DNA of 64,000 nucleotides from Candidatus Levyibacteriota bacterium (GCA_016199085.1 JACQHJ010000009.1:41667-105666); one strand, 5' to 3'; positions 35,494 to 45,860 are shown, numbered from the stretch's first letter. Notes: generated by a model not told the origin, from the letters alone. Program-made: numbers and translations.

Positions 35494-36320
35494 TTTAAGC
35501 TTAACCTCCTTATCGCCTCATCAGCCTCTTCTTGCGTAGGTGATTTATATTGAGACGATATTTTATTTACATAAATAGGAACTCCACCCAATCCTTTAAT
35601 TGTATGAGCAATAATAACCGTTGGTTTATTTTTCTTTATAGAAATTTTTTTAAATGCAGTAATCAATTCATTAAAGTTGTGCCCATCTACCTCAACTACC
35701 TCCCAACCAAAACTTCCCCATTTTTTTGAAAATGGTTCTAGGTTCAAAACATCCTTTGTATGCCCAAATCCTTGAAGCTTATTATAATCAACTATTGCAA
35801 CAAGGTTATCAAGCTTATGATGCCCAGCAAATAATATTGCTTCCCAAGTTGATCCCTCGTCACATTCACCATCTGAAATAATACAGAAAATTCTATGTTT
35901 CTTACTGTCTATTTTGCCTGCATATGCCATGCCCATTGCCATTGATAAGCCATGGCCTAAAGAACCCGCCGAGACTTCCACTCCTGAAACACAATGTCTA
36001 GTAGAATGCCCAGGAAGCTTACCGTTATTACTTTCGTATCCTTCTAAAAATTTTTTATCGAAAAAGCCACGCTCTGCCAATACAGCGTATAGCGCTTTTG
36101 CGTCATGGGCTTTACTAAAAACTAATCTGTCACGTTCCTTGCCATAGGGGTTTTGCGGGTTAATATTCATTATCTCAAAATAGAGAGAAACTAAAATCTC
36201 AACACAAGAAAGTGCACCGCCAGTATGGGCACTTTTGGCTCTCAGGCTCATTTCGATGATGTCTTTTCTAATTTTTTTAGCTTGATTTTTAAGAAAATCT
36301 ATTCTCTTTGTACTAAGCAT
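35490..36320 (-). CDS. Transketolase, N-terminal (TPP-binding) subunit
   Basis: 276 aa; AHTGGALSCVEIL...GSLGHGLSMAMGMAYA...GDGECDEGSTWEAILFAGHHKLDNL (TPP-binding GDG...E...N-type region); ATGA overlap with the C-terminal subunit gene. Confidence 0.8.
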   Translation of the reverse strand: MLSTKRIDFLKNQAKKIRKDIIEMSLRAKSAHTGGALSCVEILVSLYFEIMNINPQNPYGKERDRLVFSKAHDAKALYAVLAERGFFDKKFLEGYESNNGKLPGHSTRHCVSGVEVSAGSLGHGLSMAMGMAYAGKIDSKKHRIFCIISDGECDEGSTWEAILFAGHHKLDNLVAIVDYNKLQGFGHTKDVLNLEPFSKKWGSFGWEVVEVDGHNFNELITAFKKISIKKNKPTVIIAHTIKGLGGVPIYVNKISSQYKSPTQEEADEAIRRLSLK

Positions 36321-36371
36321 AACGCTTATCCTATAACATAGGCTCTTGTTTTACAAGATTAGTAAATAAGG

Positions 36372-38705
36372 TTAGATGGGAAAATATAATTCAATCATAT
36401 CATCTTTACTTGCATCAATTTTTCTGTAATGATCGGATAAAATCTTTTCGATCTTCTTAGACCAAATCTCATACTCTCCCACATGAAACCTTCTACCAGT
36501 AAAGACTTTATAGCTTTTATTCGTTTCTAAGAAATTGTATATTTTTTTAACATCACTTTTTAAAAAAAGTTCCATAAGCCCAGGTGTATCAAGAACTGAA
36601 ATTGTTTTTGATTCCTCATAATAAACACTCGGAAACGTAGCTAGAATGAATATTTTTTCTCCTTTTTTTGTATGATTTTTAATAAATTTAATGTCTTCCG
36701 ATATCATCGATTGTTTTTGTTTCCCCGACAACTCGCCTATTATAGAGTTAACCGCTTTAATGTTTCCTATGTATATGCGATCAAAGTTCTCGAACCAATA
36801 GACGGAATATGAAGAAATAAAGAAATATAAAAGTAAAAAAAGAATTATTTTATGATAGATTCTTATTCCATTTTTTTTAACTCCACTCCAAAGTTCGTCT
36901 GTAAAAATTATTACTAAAATAACTGCAGAATAAATTGGCCCCCATAAGTCTACATCTGTTCCTCTCCCTTGGAAACGAGAAAACGCGCTGATTCCCAAAA
37001 CAGATAGCAAAAAAATAACCGTAGACCTATATTCATTTTCTTTCTTTATCAAATTAATCAGGGAGTATAAAATTCCTATCAGATAGATCAAAATCACCAG
37101 ATTCCACGGATGAATAAGCTTAAGGGGAGTCATTGTAAGACCAAGGAAATAATAAAATCTTTGATACTCTAAAATGAGTCTAAAATCAGGAAAGCTTCCA
37201 TATTGATTTAAAATATACAAACCATATATCATAAATACAAAAAATAAAATACATAATCCTCTTACTAATTGAAGAACAATATTTTTTAAAACCATCTTTA
37301 GGTTTTTATTATTATGGTTAAGAAACTCTAAATAAAATAATGACAACATCCATGTTAAAAAAACTACTATTCCTGTTTCTACGTTCCATAAAATTGCAAC
37401 TGAATACAGTACAAAAGAAAAATAGTATAGAATTTTATTTTTGCTCTGAAAATAAAATGAAGACAAAAATATAAGCAAAAATGGGAAAAATATCCTAAGA
37501 GGGAAAAATTGAAAATAAGGATTAATCGGAGTTAATGGAAAAAAACGTCCTCCTGGCATTATATAAAATACAAAGAAAAAGGAAATACCCAATAAGCAGA
37601 TAAATTTATCTCTAACAAACCTTCTAAGAAAGAGTAAGATAATAAAAATCGATATACCATATAACAAAGTCATTATAAAAGTAAAATTAAAAATACTTAA
37701 TCCTATTGCAGTAAAAATAGGAACTAAAAAATGAGGATATAAACCATAAAGATTAACAAAGTTATTAACAAGAAGAGCCTTGCCAGAAAAAACTTGAGAA
37801 ACAGAATAGAAAATTGTTTCTAAATCATGAGCTTTTTCTAAATTATTGGGTAATAAGTATTGACTTAGACCAAAAACCCTAGGTAAAAAAACAGATATCA
37901 CCACTAAAAAAATCAATGAAACAATCAAAAAGGTTAATGCTTTGTTGATATATTTAAATTTAGATTCATATTTGTTTTTTAAAAAAAGCAGTAAAACAAA
38001 TAGTAGGAAAACGAAAATATAATTAATAGGCTGTCTATAGAAATAATTATTTACTACATAATAAAAGTTAACGCTTTTTAGGTCGAAAAAAGTCAAAAAA
38101 AATAACAAGGAGCTACTAAGGATAACAGAAAATGAATAAATTATTTTTATAGATTTAACATATTTAACTACAACTTTTCTAAAAAAAGAGAAGGACATAA
38201 ACAATAATAGAGGGAATAAAAAAATTCCACTCAAATATTGAAATCTTTCTACAGGTTCTGGGAAAAATAGACTCTTATCTCGAACTGATATTTGAGTAGC
38301 AAATTCTATTATTTTTTCTATATCCGGTGTATATATTTTCGCAATCAAAAATACTATAAGCAGGATTATTCCTATCGAAAAGATAATACTATATACAGCA
38401 GCAATATAATCTTCCTTTTCTGATATAAATACTTTATTTACTCTGGAATTCTCACCAACAGATTCTTTTTTCTTAGTTTTACCTGCCTCCAAACGCAATT
38501 TTGAGAATATTGTCATAATAAACTGATTCTTTATTTTTTTATTGGCTATATTTTGGAATTTAAACAACTTTATGCCTTTGATAAATTGTGGGAATTTAAC
38601 AAAATTGAAACGTGTCAGTTTTAAAAAAAATAAAAATATTAAACTGAGAAGATATAAATTTTTACCTTTAATTAACATTGTGTTTTGTTTTTTATAGTAT
38701 AGCAA
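36372..38705 (-). CDS. Large polytopic membrane protein (about 15 TM) with C-terminal soluble domain; putative glycan-assembly enzyme
   Basis: 777-aa ORF; the true start may be the internal Met at about 38516 (MTIFSKLRLE...); no motif recognised. Confidence 0.4.
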   Translation of the reverse strand: MLYYKKQNTMLIKGKNLYLLSLIFLFFLKLTRFNFVKFPQFIKGIKLFKFQNIANKKIKNQFIMTIFSKLRLEAGKTKKKESVGENSRVNKVFISEKEDYIAAVYSIIFSIGIILLIVFLIAKIYTPDIEKIIEFATQISVRDKSLFFPEPVERFQYLSGIFLFPLLLFMSFSFFRKVVVKYVKSIKIIYSFSVILSSSLLFFLTFFDLKSVNFYYVVNNYFYRQPINYIFVFLLFVLLLFLKNKYESKFKYINKALTFLIVSLIFLVVISVFLPRVFGLSQYLLPNNLEKAHDLETIFYSVSQVFSGKALLVNNFVNLYGLYPHFLVPIFTAIGLSIFNFTFIMTLLYGISIFIILLFLRRFVRDKFICLLGISFFFVFYIMPGGRFFPLTPINPYFQFFPLRIFFPFLLIFLSSFYFQSKNKILYYFSFVLYSVAILWNVETGIVVFLTWMLSLFYLEFLNHNNKNLKMVLKNIVLQLVRGLCILFFVFMIYGLYILNQYGSFPDFRLILEYQRFYYFLGLTMTPLKLIHPWNLVILIYLIGILYSLINLIKKENEYRSTVIFLLSVLGISAFSRFQGRGTDVDLWGPIYSAVILVIIFTDELWSGVKKNGIRIYHKIILFLLLYFFISSYSVYWFENFDRIYIGNIKAVNSIIGELSGKQKQSMISEDIKFIKNHTKKGEKIFILATFPSVYYEESKTISVLDTPGLMELFLKSDVKKIYNFLETNKSYKVFTGRRFHVGEYEIWSKKIEKILSDHYRKIDASKDDMIELYFPI

Positions 38706-38792
38706 AATCTATCCTTCAATAATCGTTAATTTATTCTTCATATTTTTAAAGACTTTATGCCTATGATATACTAAACGAAATATTTTATTTGG

Positions 38793-39848
38793 ATGAATAA
38801 GACCTTTTGGAAAAATAAAAAAGTATTTATAACGGGAGGTGCTGGCTTTATCGGGCATAAGTTAGCTGATTCTTTAATAAAACTCGGGGCAAAAACAACA
38901 ATTGCAGACAATCTGTTCAGCGGCGATATTAATAATGTGCTACGGGTTTATAAACAAAATAATTTAAAATATAAAAAAACTAGTAAAGGATATTCTGCAG
39001 AAAATGGAAATAACTTCTTAAAGATTGATATACAGGACTATAACAAAACTCTTAAAGCCTTAGATGGTCATGAAGTTGTTTTTCACTTAGCTGCAAATTT
39101 TGGTGGTAGAGGATATATAGATACCCACCCAGCAGATTGCTGTGAGAACTTTGCGATGACTCAAAATATAATAAAAGCTTCTCATATTGTAAAAATAGAC
39201 AGAGTTCAATTCGCTTCTTCTGCCTGTGTCTATCCATCTGATCTTCAAAAAAAATATAATTCAAAATACTTACTTAAAGAAGCTGACGCTTTTAAAAACG
39301 GATGGGGAAATGCAGACAAGGAATACGGATGGGCAAAATTAATGGGAGAGATCAAGCTTAGAGCATACTATAACCAATATGGCCTTAAAAGCTCAATAAC
39401 TCGGTATGTCACCGTATATGGTCCATGGGAAAATGACACTCACGCTATTATAGCATTAATAAGAAGAGCCATACGCAAAGAAGATCCATATGTTATTTGG
39501 GGAAGTGGAAAGCAAGACAGGGATTTTACATACATCGACGACATTGTTTCTGGAACAATTTCGGCATGTCAATTTATAACAAATGCCGATGTTGTGAATT
39601 TAGGTACAAGTAAAAGGTATACGATGATAGAATCCGTTAACCTTATATTTGATATTCTCGGGTGGAGACCAAAAGATATAATCTTCGATAAAACCAAACC
39701 AGAAGGAGTTAAAACTCGAGCTCTTGATATATCAAAATCAAAAAAGCTTTTGGGGTGGACTCCTAAGTATGATTTCAGAAAAGGATTGGAAAAAACTATT
39801 GAATGGTTTATAAAAGAAAACCCCAAATCCGTTGAGACAATAAAATAA
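38793..39848 (+). CDS. NAD-dependent sugar-nucleotide epimerase/dehydratase (extended SDR)
   Basis: 351 aa; ITGGAGFIGHKLADSL Rossmann motif and catalytic YGWAK (YxxxK). Confidence 0.8.
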   Translation: MNKTFWKNKKVFITGGAGFIGHKLADSLIKLGAKTTIADNLFSGDINNVLRVYKQNNLKYKKTSKGYSAENGNNFLKIDIQDYNKTLKALDGHEVVFHLAANFGGRGYIDTHPADCCENFAMTQNIIKASHIVKIDRVQFASSACVYPSDLQKKYNSKYLLKEADAFKNGWGNADKEYGWAKLMGEIKLRAYYNQYGLKSSITRYVTVYGPWENDTHAIIALIRRAIRKEDPYVIWGSGKQDRDFTYIDDIVSGTISACQFITNADVVNLGTSKRYTMIESVNLIFDILGWRPKDIIFDKTKPEGVKTRALDISKSKKLLGWTPKYDFRKGLEKTIEWFIKENPKSVETIK

Positions 39849-39856
39849 ATTAAGAT

Positions 39857-40555
39857 ATGAATATATTAAGTATTATACTGCCTGTCTATAATGAAAAAGG
39901 TACTATTGAACGTGTATTAAATGAATGGATGAAAGAACTTGAGAAATATAATCTTCAATACCGTTTTGTCATTTGCGAAGACGGTTCCACGGATGGAACT
40001 AAAGAATTCCTTAAGAAAATAAAGAATAAATACAAATTAATATTAAATCAAAAGAACGAACGAAGAGGATATGGGAGAGCTGTAATAGACGGGATTAAAA
40101 CAAGTAAGTCAAAATATCTTCTTTGCATAGACTCCGATGGACAATGTGATCCAAAAGATTTTAAAAAATTTTGGAAAAATAAAGACAAAGCAGGTGTAAT
40201 AATTGGATGGAGAAAAAAGCGAACAGATGCTTTTCAAAGGAAAATTTTTTCACAATTATTTAAGTTAGCGCATTCCCTGTTGTTTCCTTCAAATATTCAT
40301 GATCCTTCAGCTCCTTTTGTACTTTTTAAAAAAGAAACAATATTTCCTCACCTTGATTACTTAAAATATCTTAATGAGGGATTTTGGTGGGGATTCGTCG
40401 GGATGTGCGTTAAAAATAACTTATTAGTTTTCGAACTTCCAATTAATCATAGGTCTCGACTTGATGGAAAAACACAAGTATATATAACTAAAAAAATCCC
40501 GTCAATTGCTTTACGAAATTTACTTGGACTACTTAGGCTTAAATTCGTAAAGTAA
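39857..40555 (+). CDS. Glycosyltransferase family 2 (soluble, dolichol-P-sugar synthase-like)
   Basis: 232 aa; LSIILPVYNEKGTI...FVICEDGSTDGT...LLCIDSDGQCDP. Confidence 0.75.
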   Translation: MNILSIILPVYNEKGTIERVLNEWMKELEKYNLQYRFVICEDGSTDGTKEFLKKIKNKYKLILNQKNERRGYGRAVIDGIKTSKSKYLLCIDSDGQCDPKDFKKFWKNKDKAGVIIGWRKKRTDAFQRKIFSQLFKLAHSLLFPSNIHDPSAPFVLFKKETIFPHLDYLKYLNEGFWWGFVGMCVKNNLLVFELPINHRSRLDGKTQVYITKKIPSIALRNLLGLLRLKFVK

Positions 40556-40589
40556 AGAACATGCACGTTTGTTACTTACGATCATAATA

Positions 40590-40806
40590 TGAATGCTTAT
40601 AATTCTTTCATCCTACTGGAAATAACACTTGTAGAAAAAGGCATATACCTATCTCATTCTTTTAAAATTAATTAATAGCAATGATTTTATTATGAATATA
40701 TTAAATAAGATTAGCAAAAAATCGTAAACTATTAACTGACATAATTAATAACTTGAACTATTGGAGAGTTAACGAAGCTTTAGTTATTTTACTTTTTTAT
40801 CTTTAG
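40590..40806 (+). pseudogene. Decayed fragment of a third copy of the 42211..44151 / 44199..45584 membrane-protein family, in inverted orientation
   Basis: 40681-40800 aligns at about 85-90% identity to the reverse complement of 42590-42725; it translates to *IRLAKNRKLLTDIINNLNYWRVNEALVILLFYL* versus parental KIRKKNRKVLTDIINNLNYWRLNKALVILLFIL; 40590-40680 encodes a weak N-terminus-like remnant MNAYNSFILLEITLVEKGIY. Confidence 0.45.
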
Positions 40807-41365
40807 GGATCTTTAAATCTAAAATAGTTTGATAATTAAGTTTTGAAAAATAATTTGCGTCTTGAAACGCTTTTTTATCTTTTTGAGAAACTTTATAAGC
40901 TTGTTTGTCAAAAATCTCCTGATGCTTGAGAGCCGCTGTCTTTATTCTTTCATCAAGTTCTTGAGTAATCCCTTGATGTCTCCAAAATGCCCATTTATAG
41001 TCTGTAACTAAAATCGTGAAATAATGCTCCCCTTTAAGTGCTGTTTCTTTTGCCAAAGCAATATTTCCTTTATCTAATAGAAGCAGGCTTGCATAAATTG
41101 TCTTATCTGCCATTATCAAATCCCACTCGATTTTTTTTATAGGATCGGAAACCAACTTTGACATGATTTTATCTCTTAAAACTTTTAATTTATATAATGG
41201 GTTATCTGGTAACATACCCGGCCAAGCAAGTTGGTAATTAACAGAGGCGGATTGTGTAGAAATTGCATTACTGGAATCTATTTTTTCTTGAGCAAAACTA
41301 GTTGTTCCACAAAATAAAAACAAGGAGAAAACAATTAAAAGACATACTAAGAATAAATTCTTCAT
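40784..41365 (-). CDS. Secreted hypothetical protein (signal peptide)
   Basis: ORF 40784..41413; probable start at internal Met 41365 giving MKNLFLVCLLIVFSLFLFCGTTSFA|QE signal peptide; no further motif. Confidence 0.4.
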   Translation of the reverse strand: MKNLFLVCLLIVFSLFLFCGTTSFAQEKIDSSNAISTQSASVNYQLAWPGMLPDNPLYKLKVLRDKIMSKLVSDPIKKIEWDLIMADKTIYASLLLLDKGNIALAKETALKGEHYFTILVTDYKWAFWRHQGITQELDERIKTAALKHQEIFDKQAYKVSQKDKKAFQDANYFSKLNYQTILDLKIPKDKKVK

Positions 41366-41514
41366 TTTTAGAAATATAAACTTGATTATACGAAAAAATA
41401 CATTGTTTAGCAATATGAGGCAACATGTCTCAAATAATTTTATACCGAACTTTACTCATTATTCTATTTTAAAATGAAAAACTAAATAATATTATCTAAA
41501 TTCATTTCTGGTTA

Positions 41515-41543
41515 TTGACTACATGAAACGGAAAAAATATAAT
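41515..41543 (+). promoter_or_regulatory. Consensus sigma70 promoter TTGACT-17-TATAAT upstream of the methyltransferase gene
   Basis: TTGACT 41515-41520, 17-bp spacer, TATAAT 41538-41543; AGGAAAG RBS at about 41571; ATG at 41584. Confidence 0.5.
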
Positions 41544-41583
41544 AAACTTTGATTATTCGCCCAACACAGAAGGAAAGTCTTTT

Positions 41584-42312
41584 ATGAGTCATGATCTGGG
41601 TATGCCCGGGAATTACGAGTATTTATCTCTTAATAAAGGAATTTCTATACAACGACAATGGAATAAAAATAGACTCCTATTATTAAAAAAAATAAATTTC
41701 ATAACAAAAAATGATATTGTGCTTGATGCCGGATGCGGGTCAGGTAATGTTGTTTTGGAATTTTCAAAATTAGCAAAAAGAATTGACGGATGGGATATTA
41801 ATAAAAACTCAATTTCCTTTTTAAGGAAAAAAATAAAAGAGAACCAAATAAGAAACGCAAATACTGCCGTTAGAAATTTGCTTAAAGTGAAGGGGAAACC
41901 CCATTTTTCAAAAATCATTTTAACCGAAGTTATCGAACATTTTTCACATGAAGATTACAAAAAAATGCTATTAAATCTTAGGTATCTTCTTTTACCAAAA
42001 GGAAGAATTTTTATAACAACTCCAAATGATAAAAGTATTTGGCCAATTCTTGAATTTATGTTAAATATTTTCCAAAAAAACATACAAAGAGTACCAACTT
42101 TGGATGATAGACATCTGGGACACTTCGATAAAAAAACGCTCGAGACTATAGTTGAAGAGGCTGGTTTTAAAATCATACATTCTGGGACCATGAATTCTTT
42201 CTCTCCTTTTTTATTTTTTCTTTCGGAAAAGAAACGAGACAAAATTAGCTACTGGGAAAGCAAAAGCATTAAATTCGGCCCGCTTTTGTTTCTGATCGCG
42301 GAGAAAAAATGA
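41584..42312 (+). CDS. Class I SAM-dependent methyltransferase
   Basis: 242 aa; VLDAGCGSGNVVLEF (motif I) ... ILTEVIEHF (motif II region). Confidence 0.75.
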   Translation: MSHDLGMPGNYEYLSLNKGISIQRQWNKNRLLLLKKINFITKNDIVLDAGCGSGNVVLEFSKLAKRIDGWDINKNSISFLRKKIKENQIRNANTAVRNLLKVKGKPHFSKIILTEVIEHFSHEDYKKMLLNLRYLLLPKGRIFITTPNDKSIWPILEFMLNIFQKNIQRVPTLDDRHLGHFDKKTLETIVEEAGFKIIHSGTMNSFSPFLFFLSEKKRDKISYWESKSIKFGPLLFLIAEKK

Positions 42313-44151
42313 ATTTTGTAACATATTTTCTATCCCAGCTTTTATTAAAAAGTAAAAGTGAATAAGGACGAATATATTCATAAATCGCGGGTCAAAAAGG
42401 GTCATCCCTCGTGGGTCTATAGACGTAAAGATCCAAAGCCCCTTCAATAATAAAGCAAGCGTTGAGATATAACAGTAAAATCTCGCCTTTGAATTCTCTC
42501 TTGTCTCGACCCATAACAAAAGAATTATTGGGAGAGAATAATATAATCTATAGGTGAATGAAGACTGAGGGATAAGATTAATAACGGCATCTGCCAGAAT
42601 AAAAAGTAAAATAACCAAAGCTTTATTTAACCTCCAATAGTTCAAGTTATTAATTATGTCGGTTAATACTTTACGATTTTTTTTCCTAATCTTATTTAAT
42701 GTATCTATAATAAAATCTTTGGTTTTGCGAAAAATACTTATAAAAGGAATAATAAATACCAAGATAAACATTGCCTTAGAGATGGCTGAAATAATAACAA
42801 CATCTCTATATACCACCCTATCATCCAAAACTGCGCATGTATGTTTATATACACAGCTTGTTAATAAACTTGCAGTTGCTTCAAATGAGTGGTTTATACT
42901 TAAATATCTAGGTTCATTAAACAAATTTGCTGCAAATTTCGCCCACATTTGAGTTTGATTGATCGTATCAGCAATTGTAATATTTAATCCAAAAAGGTGA
43001 GGAGAATAGTTAAATCCTAAAAAAGATACAACAAAAGAAACAAATGTCAAAAGAGCATATTCTGAACTAAATATAGCAATTAAGGCAAAAGGGGCCAAGA
43101 ATAGTTTAGCATTTACTAAAAACCCCATCATAAAACCTATTAGTATTGTATAGGTGAATAAAGCAAGGGAAGGACGTGTTGTTTTTCTACGTGAAACTAT
43201 CATTAATAATAAGAATCCAACCAAAAGAGAAAAGATAATGTCCATATTAACTCTTTCCAGTCCAAAACTTCCCGGAATCCCAAGTAAAAAAATAATAAAT
43301 ACCATGAGCAAAATACTTTTTACGCGTTCTTTTTTTTTATAAGCTAAAAGAAATATAAAAATAATGTATCCGGCTATTGTTGTAACAATTAACATTTGAG
43401 AAATAAGTTGCTCACAAGAAATTAAAGGCGTAGTTTGTGATAGCGAGCATATTCCAAGCTGGGGAGCAAAAATAAGAAATGGGGAAAAGAAAAAATATAT
43501 TGCTGGACCATAACTTATTTGAAGATCAAAATAAGGATTTAGTCCATGAATCATGTATTCGGTTGGAAAAAATACAGGTACCAAGAAATCCTGGCCAACG
43601 CGTACATGGAAAAATTTTTCAGGCAGAATTAAAGCACCCCCAGGATCTGAGTAAGTGATTGAAAATCTTGTAAGAACTACTATAAGCAATAGAACTATAA
43701 ATATAAATATTTGATCTTTGTTTATAAAACTCACTGATTTGTTCCACAAACTAATAAGCCTTTTATGTATTAAGCTTCTGTATACAGTTATTGACACTTT
43801 TACTAATTTGGTATCATAGACAAACAGAATTAATTTTTTGAAAGATTCAGTAAACAATTTAATGACGATTAAAATTTTTTTAAATCCTTGCTTGTTAACT
43901 AATTTTTGAGGAAAATCATTAATCGTTAAGCTCCTTAAACCACCACTCTTTATCTTTTTATATATAAAAAATACAGTTCTATATATTCTAGGAAAAGTTT
44001 TTATTAAAAATAATGATGATGTAAGGATCAGAAGAAGTATAAATGAAATAATCATCATAATTCCCAAAAGAAATAAATTCGGGTTATAAATACCATTATC
44101 GTAAAAGTTTTTTACCAATTGAGGAATATTAGCTAAAGATAAATACAACAT
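42211..44151 (-). CDS. Polytopic membrane protein, paralog A (GT-C-like candidate)
   Basis: 646 aa; many TM helices; C-terminal 90 aa align to paralog B (FTYRLYYSLPIILLLWVETRENSKARFYCY / FNYRLYYSLPIVLILLTETQNQTKAKFYCY); its 3' end overlaps the convergent methyltransferase gene by 102 nt. Confidence 0.5.
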   Translation of the reverse strand: MLYLSLANIPQLVKNFYDNGIYNPNLFLLGIMMIISFILLLILTSSLFLIKTFPRIYRTVFFIYKKIKSGGLRSLTINDFPQKLVNKQGFKKILIVIKLFTESFKKLILFVYDTKLVKVSITVYRSLIHKRLISLWNKSVSFINKDQIFIFIVLLLIVVLTRFSITYSDPGGALILPEKFFHVRVGQDFLVPVFFPTEYMIHGLNPYFDLQISYGPAIYFFFSPFLIFAPQLGICSLSQTTPLISCEQLISQMLIVTTIAGYIIFIFLLAYKKKERVKSILLMVFIIFLLGIPGSFGLERVNMDIIFSLLVGFLLLMIVSRRKTTRPSLALFTYTILIGFMMGFLVNAKLFLAPFALIAIFSSEYALLTFVSFVVSFLGFNYSPHLFGLNITIADTINQTQMWAKFAANLFNEPRYLSINHSFEATASLLTSCVYKHTCAVLDDRVVYRDVVIISAISKAMFILVFIIPFISIFRKTKDFIIDTLNKIRKKNRKVLTDIINNLNYWRLNKALVILLFILADAVINLIPQSSFTYRLYYSLPIILLLWVETRENSKARFYCYISTLALLLKGLWIFTSIDPRGMTLFDPRFMNIFVLIHFYFLIKAGIENMLQNSFFLRDQKQKRAEFNAFAFPVANFVSFLFRKKK

Positions 44152-44198
44152 TAAATTTTTATCTAGGCAATTATATCATTAAATATGTTTTTTGAAAT

Positions 44199-45584
44199 TC
44201 AAGAATTTTGTACACGATATTTAACAATGGAGCTTGAGGTATGACTTCTCAAAAGCAGGTAACTTGACTTAATTAAAAAAATAAAATGAAAGATTATAAA
44301 AATGTTCATTAGGCGTGCATCTATTATCCCTTTTATAGAAGGGGACAAGTTAACTATCCATAATCCACCTAAAACAAGAAAAATCATGGAAAGATAGCAA
44401 TAAAACTTTGCCTTAGTTTGATTTTGAGTCTCTGTTAATAAAATCAAGACAATAGGGAGAGAGTAATATAATCGATAGTTAAAAGCGATTTCTGGAACAA
44501 GATTTATAAAAGCAGTTATAAAAGTTAATAAAAAAATCAAAGAATATTTGTTTGTTTTTAATTTCAATAAATATCGCTTATAAAGAATAGGGCTTTTTAA
44601 TAGACTTATGAGTTTGACTAAATTCTTTTTTTTAAAAAAATTTCTAGAAAAGAATGCAATAACAAAAGTTAGTAAAACTATAATTAAAGTTAATAAATTA
44701 TTTGGGTATGCTTCACAATTTTGAGTTTTAAGACAATCTGTAAAATAAGACGCAAGAGCAGCGGGAGAATGGTTGTATGCTGGGCTAAAATTAACAGTAA
44801 CTCTTTCATTCCATAAATAAACCCTGTTTAGAAAAGTTAAAATACCAGTAGGTGACCCGAATATATTTGGTAAATACGTAATAATTATAAAAGATCCCAA
44901 AAAAGAAAAAAATTTAAAAATAATATTTTTTGAGAATAAAATAAAAACTACAGAAAAAGGGAAAAGAAAGATTTTGGCATTGGTAATCGCACCTAATAAA
45001 ATTCCCATAAAAATAGAATAAAGTTTTCCATATTTATCCAATAATTTTTTTTCATTAAATTTAAGCAGAATTATAAAACCTAAAGCCAAAGAAAGGAAAA
45101 TGTCAACATTACCCATATAAAAACCAAGGATTCCGGGTATTGAAAAAAAGAAAGTCAAAATAAAAAGTAAGGCGATTTTTTTTATTTCGGAAGACTGCTT
45201 TTTAAATAATATTTTGAAAAAAAATAAATATGACAAAAATAGAGGAAGCAGAAGTATTGAGTAAATAGTAATATTATTCCCCAGCTTTAAAAGAAGGAAC
45301 GGAGATATAATTAGGGGGAATAAATGGCCACATGCAGAGTTAACCCAACCTAATTGGTTCATTACCTCTCCTCTAACCATAAACATACTTCTTACATATA
45401 CGCATGTGTTAAAATCATTAGCAAAAACAAGGCCTAAGTTTTTAGGTACGGAAACTGACTGAGGAGAAAAAATAGATGAAACAAACGGATTTGAAATTAG
45501 AGTAAGCAAAAACAAAGCCAAAATAATTATGAAAGTCCTATGTTTAATCGCAAATATTGTTTTTTTTATTAAACTGTTATACAT
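44199..45584 (-). CDS. Polytopic membrane protein, paralog B
   Basis: 461 aa; shares the C-terminal module and the VNMDIIFSLLVGF / GNVDIFLSLALGF segment with 42211..44151. Confidence 0.5.
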   Translation of the reverse strand: MYNSLIKKTIFAIKHRTFIIILALFLLTLISNPFVSSIFSPQSVSVPKNLGLVFANDFNTCVYVRSMFMVRGEVMNQLGWVNSACGHLFPLIISPFLLLKLGNNITIYSILLLPLFLSYLFFFKILFKKQSSEIKKIALLFILTFFFSIPGILGFYMGNVDIFLSLALGFIILLKFNEKKLLDKYGKLYSIFMGILLGAITNAKIFLFPFSVVFILFSKNIIFKFFSFLGSFIIITYLPNIFGSPTGILTFLNRVYLWNERVTVNFSPAYNHSPAALASYFTDCLKTQNCEAYPNNLLTLIIVLLTFVIAFFSRNFFKKKNLVKLISLLKSPILYKRYLLKLKTNKYSLIFLLTFITAFINLVPEIAFNYRLYYSLPIVLILLTETQNQTKAKFYCYLSMIFLVLGGLWIVNLSPSIKGIIDARLMNIFIIFHFIFLIKSSYLLLRSHTSSSIVKYRVQNS

Positions 45585-45833
45585 TTAATCTAAATGAAAC
45601 TTCTTTATTATAACTCATCTTTTAAATTCCGCTAAGCAAATCGAGCTTAGTCCAAAACCAAAATCAATATTATTCTCAATATACCTAAACCAAAGAAATA
45701 ATATTCTTGAGATCAATAAGTTCAGAATATTTTTATTGCTCTTTGTTCTTATTCTGCTATTTTAGCATATTTTTGTATCTTATAAACGCTAACAAGAAAT
45801 ATAAAATATTAACTTTATCAACATCCAAATAAT

Positions 45834-45842
45834 TGATATAAT
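45834..45842 (+). promoter_or_regulatory. Extended -10 element TGATATAAT 19 nt upstream of the 45861 ORF
   Basis: tgatataat at 45834-45842 in an AT-rich divergent intergenic region; only a weak -35. Confidence 0.3.
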
Positions 45843-45860
45843 AAAGCAATAACTATTTTT

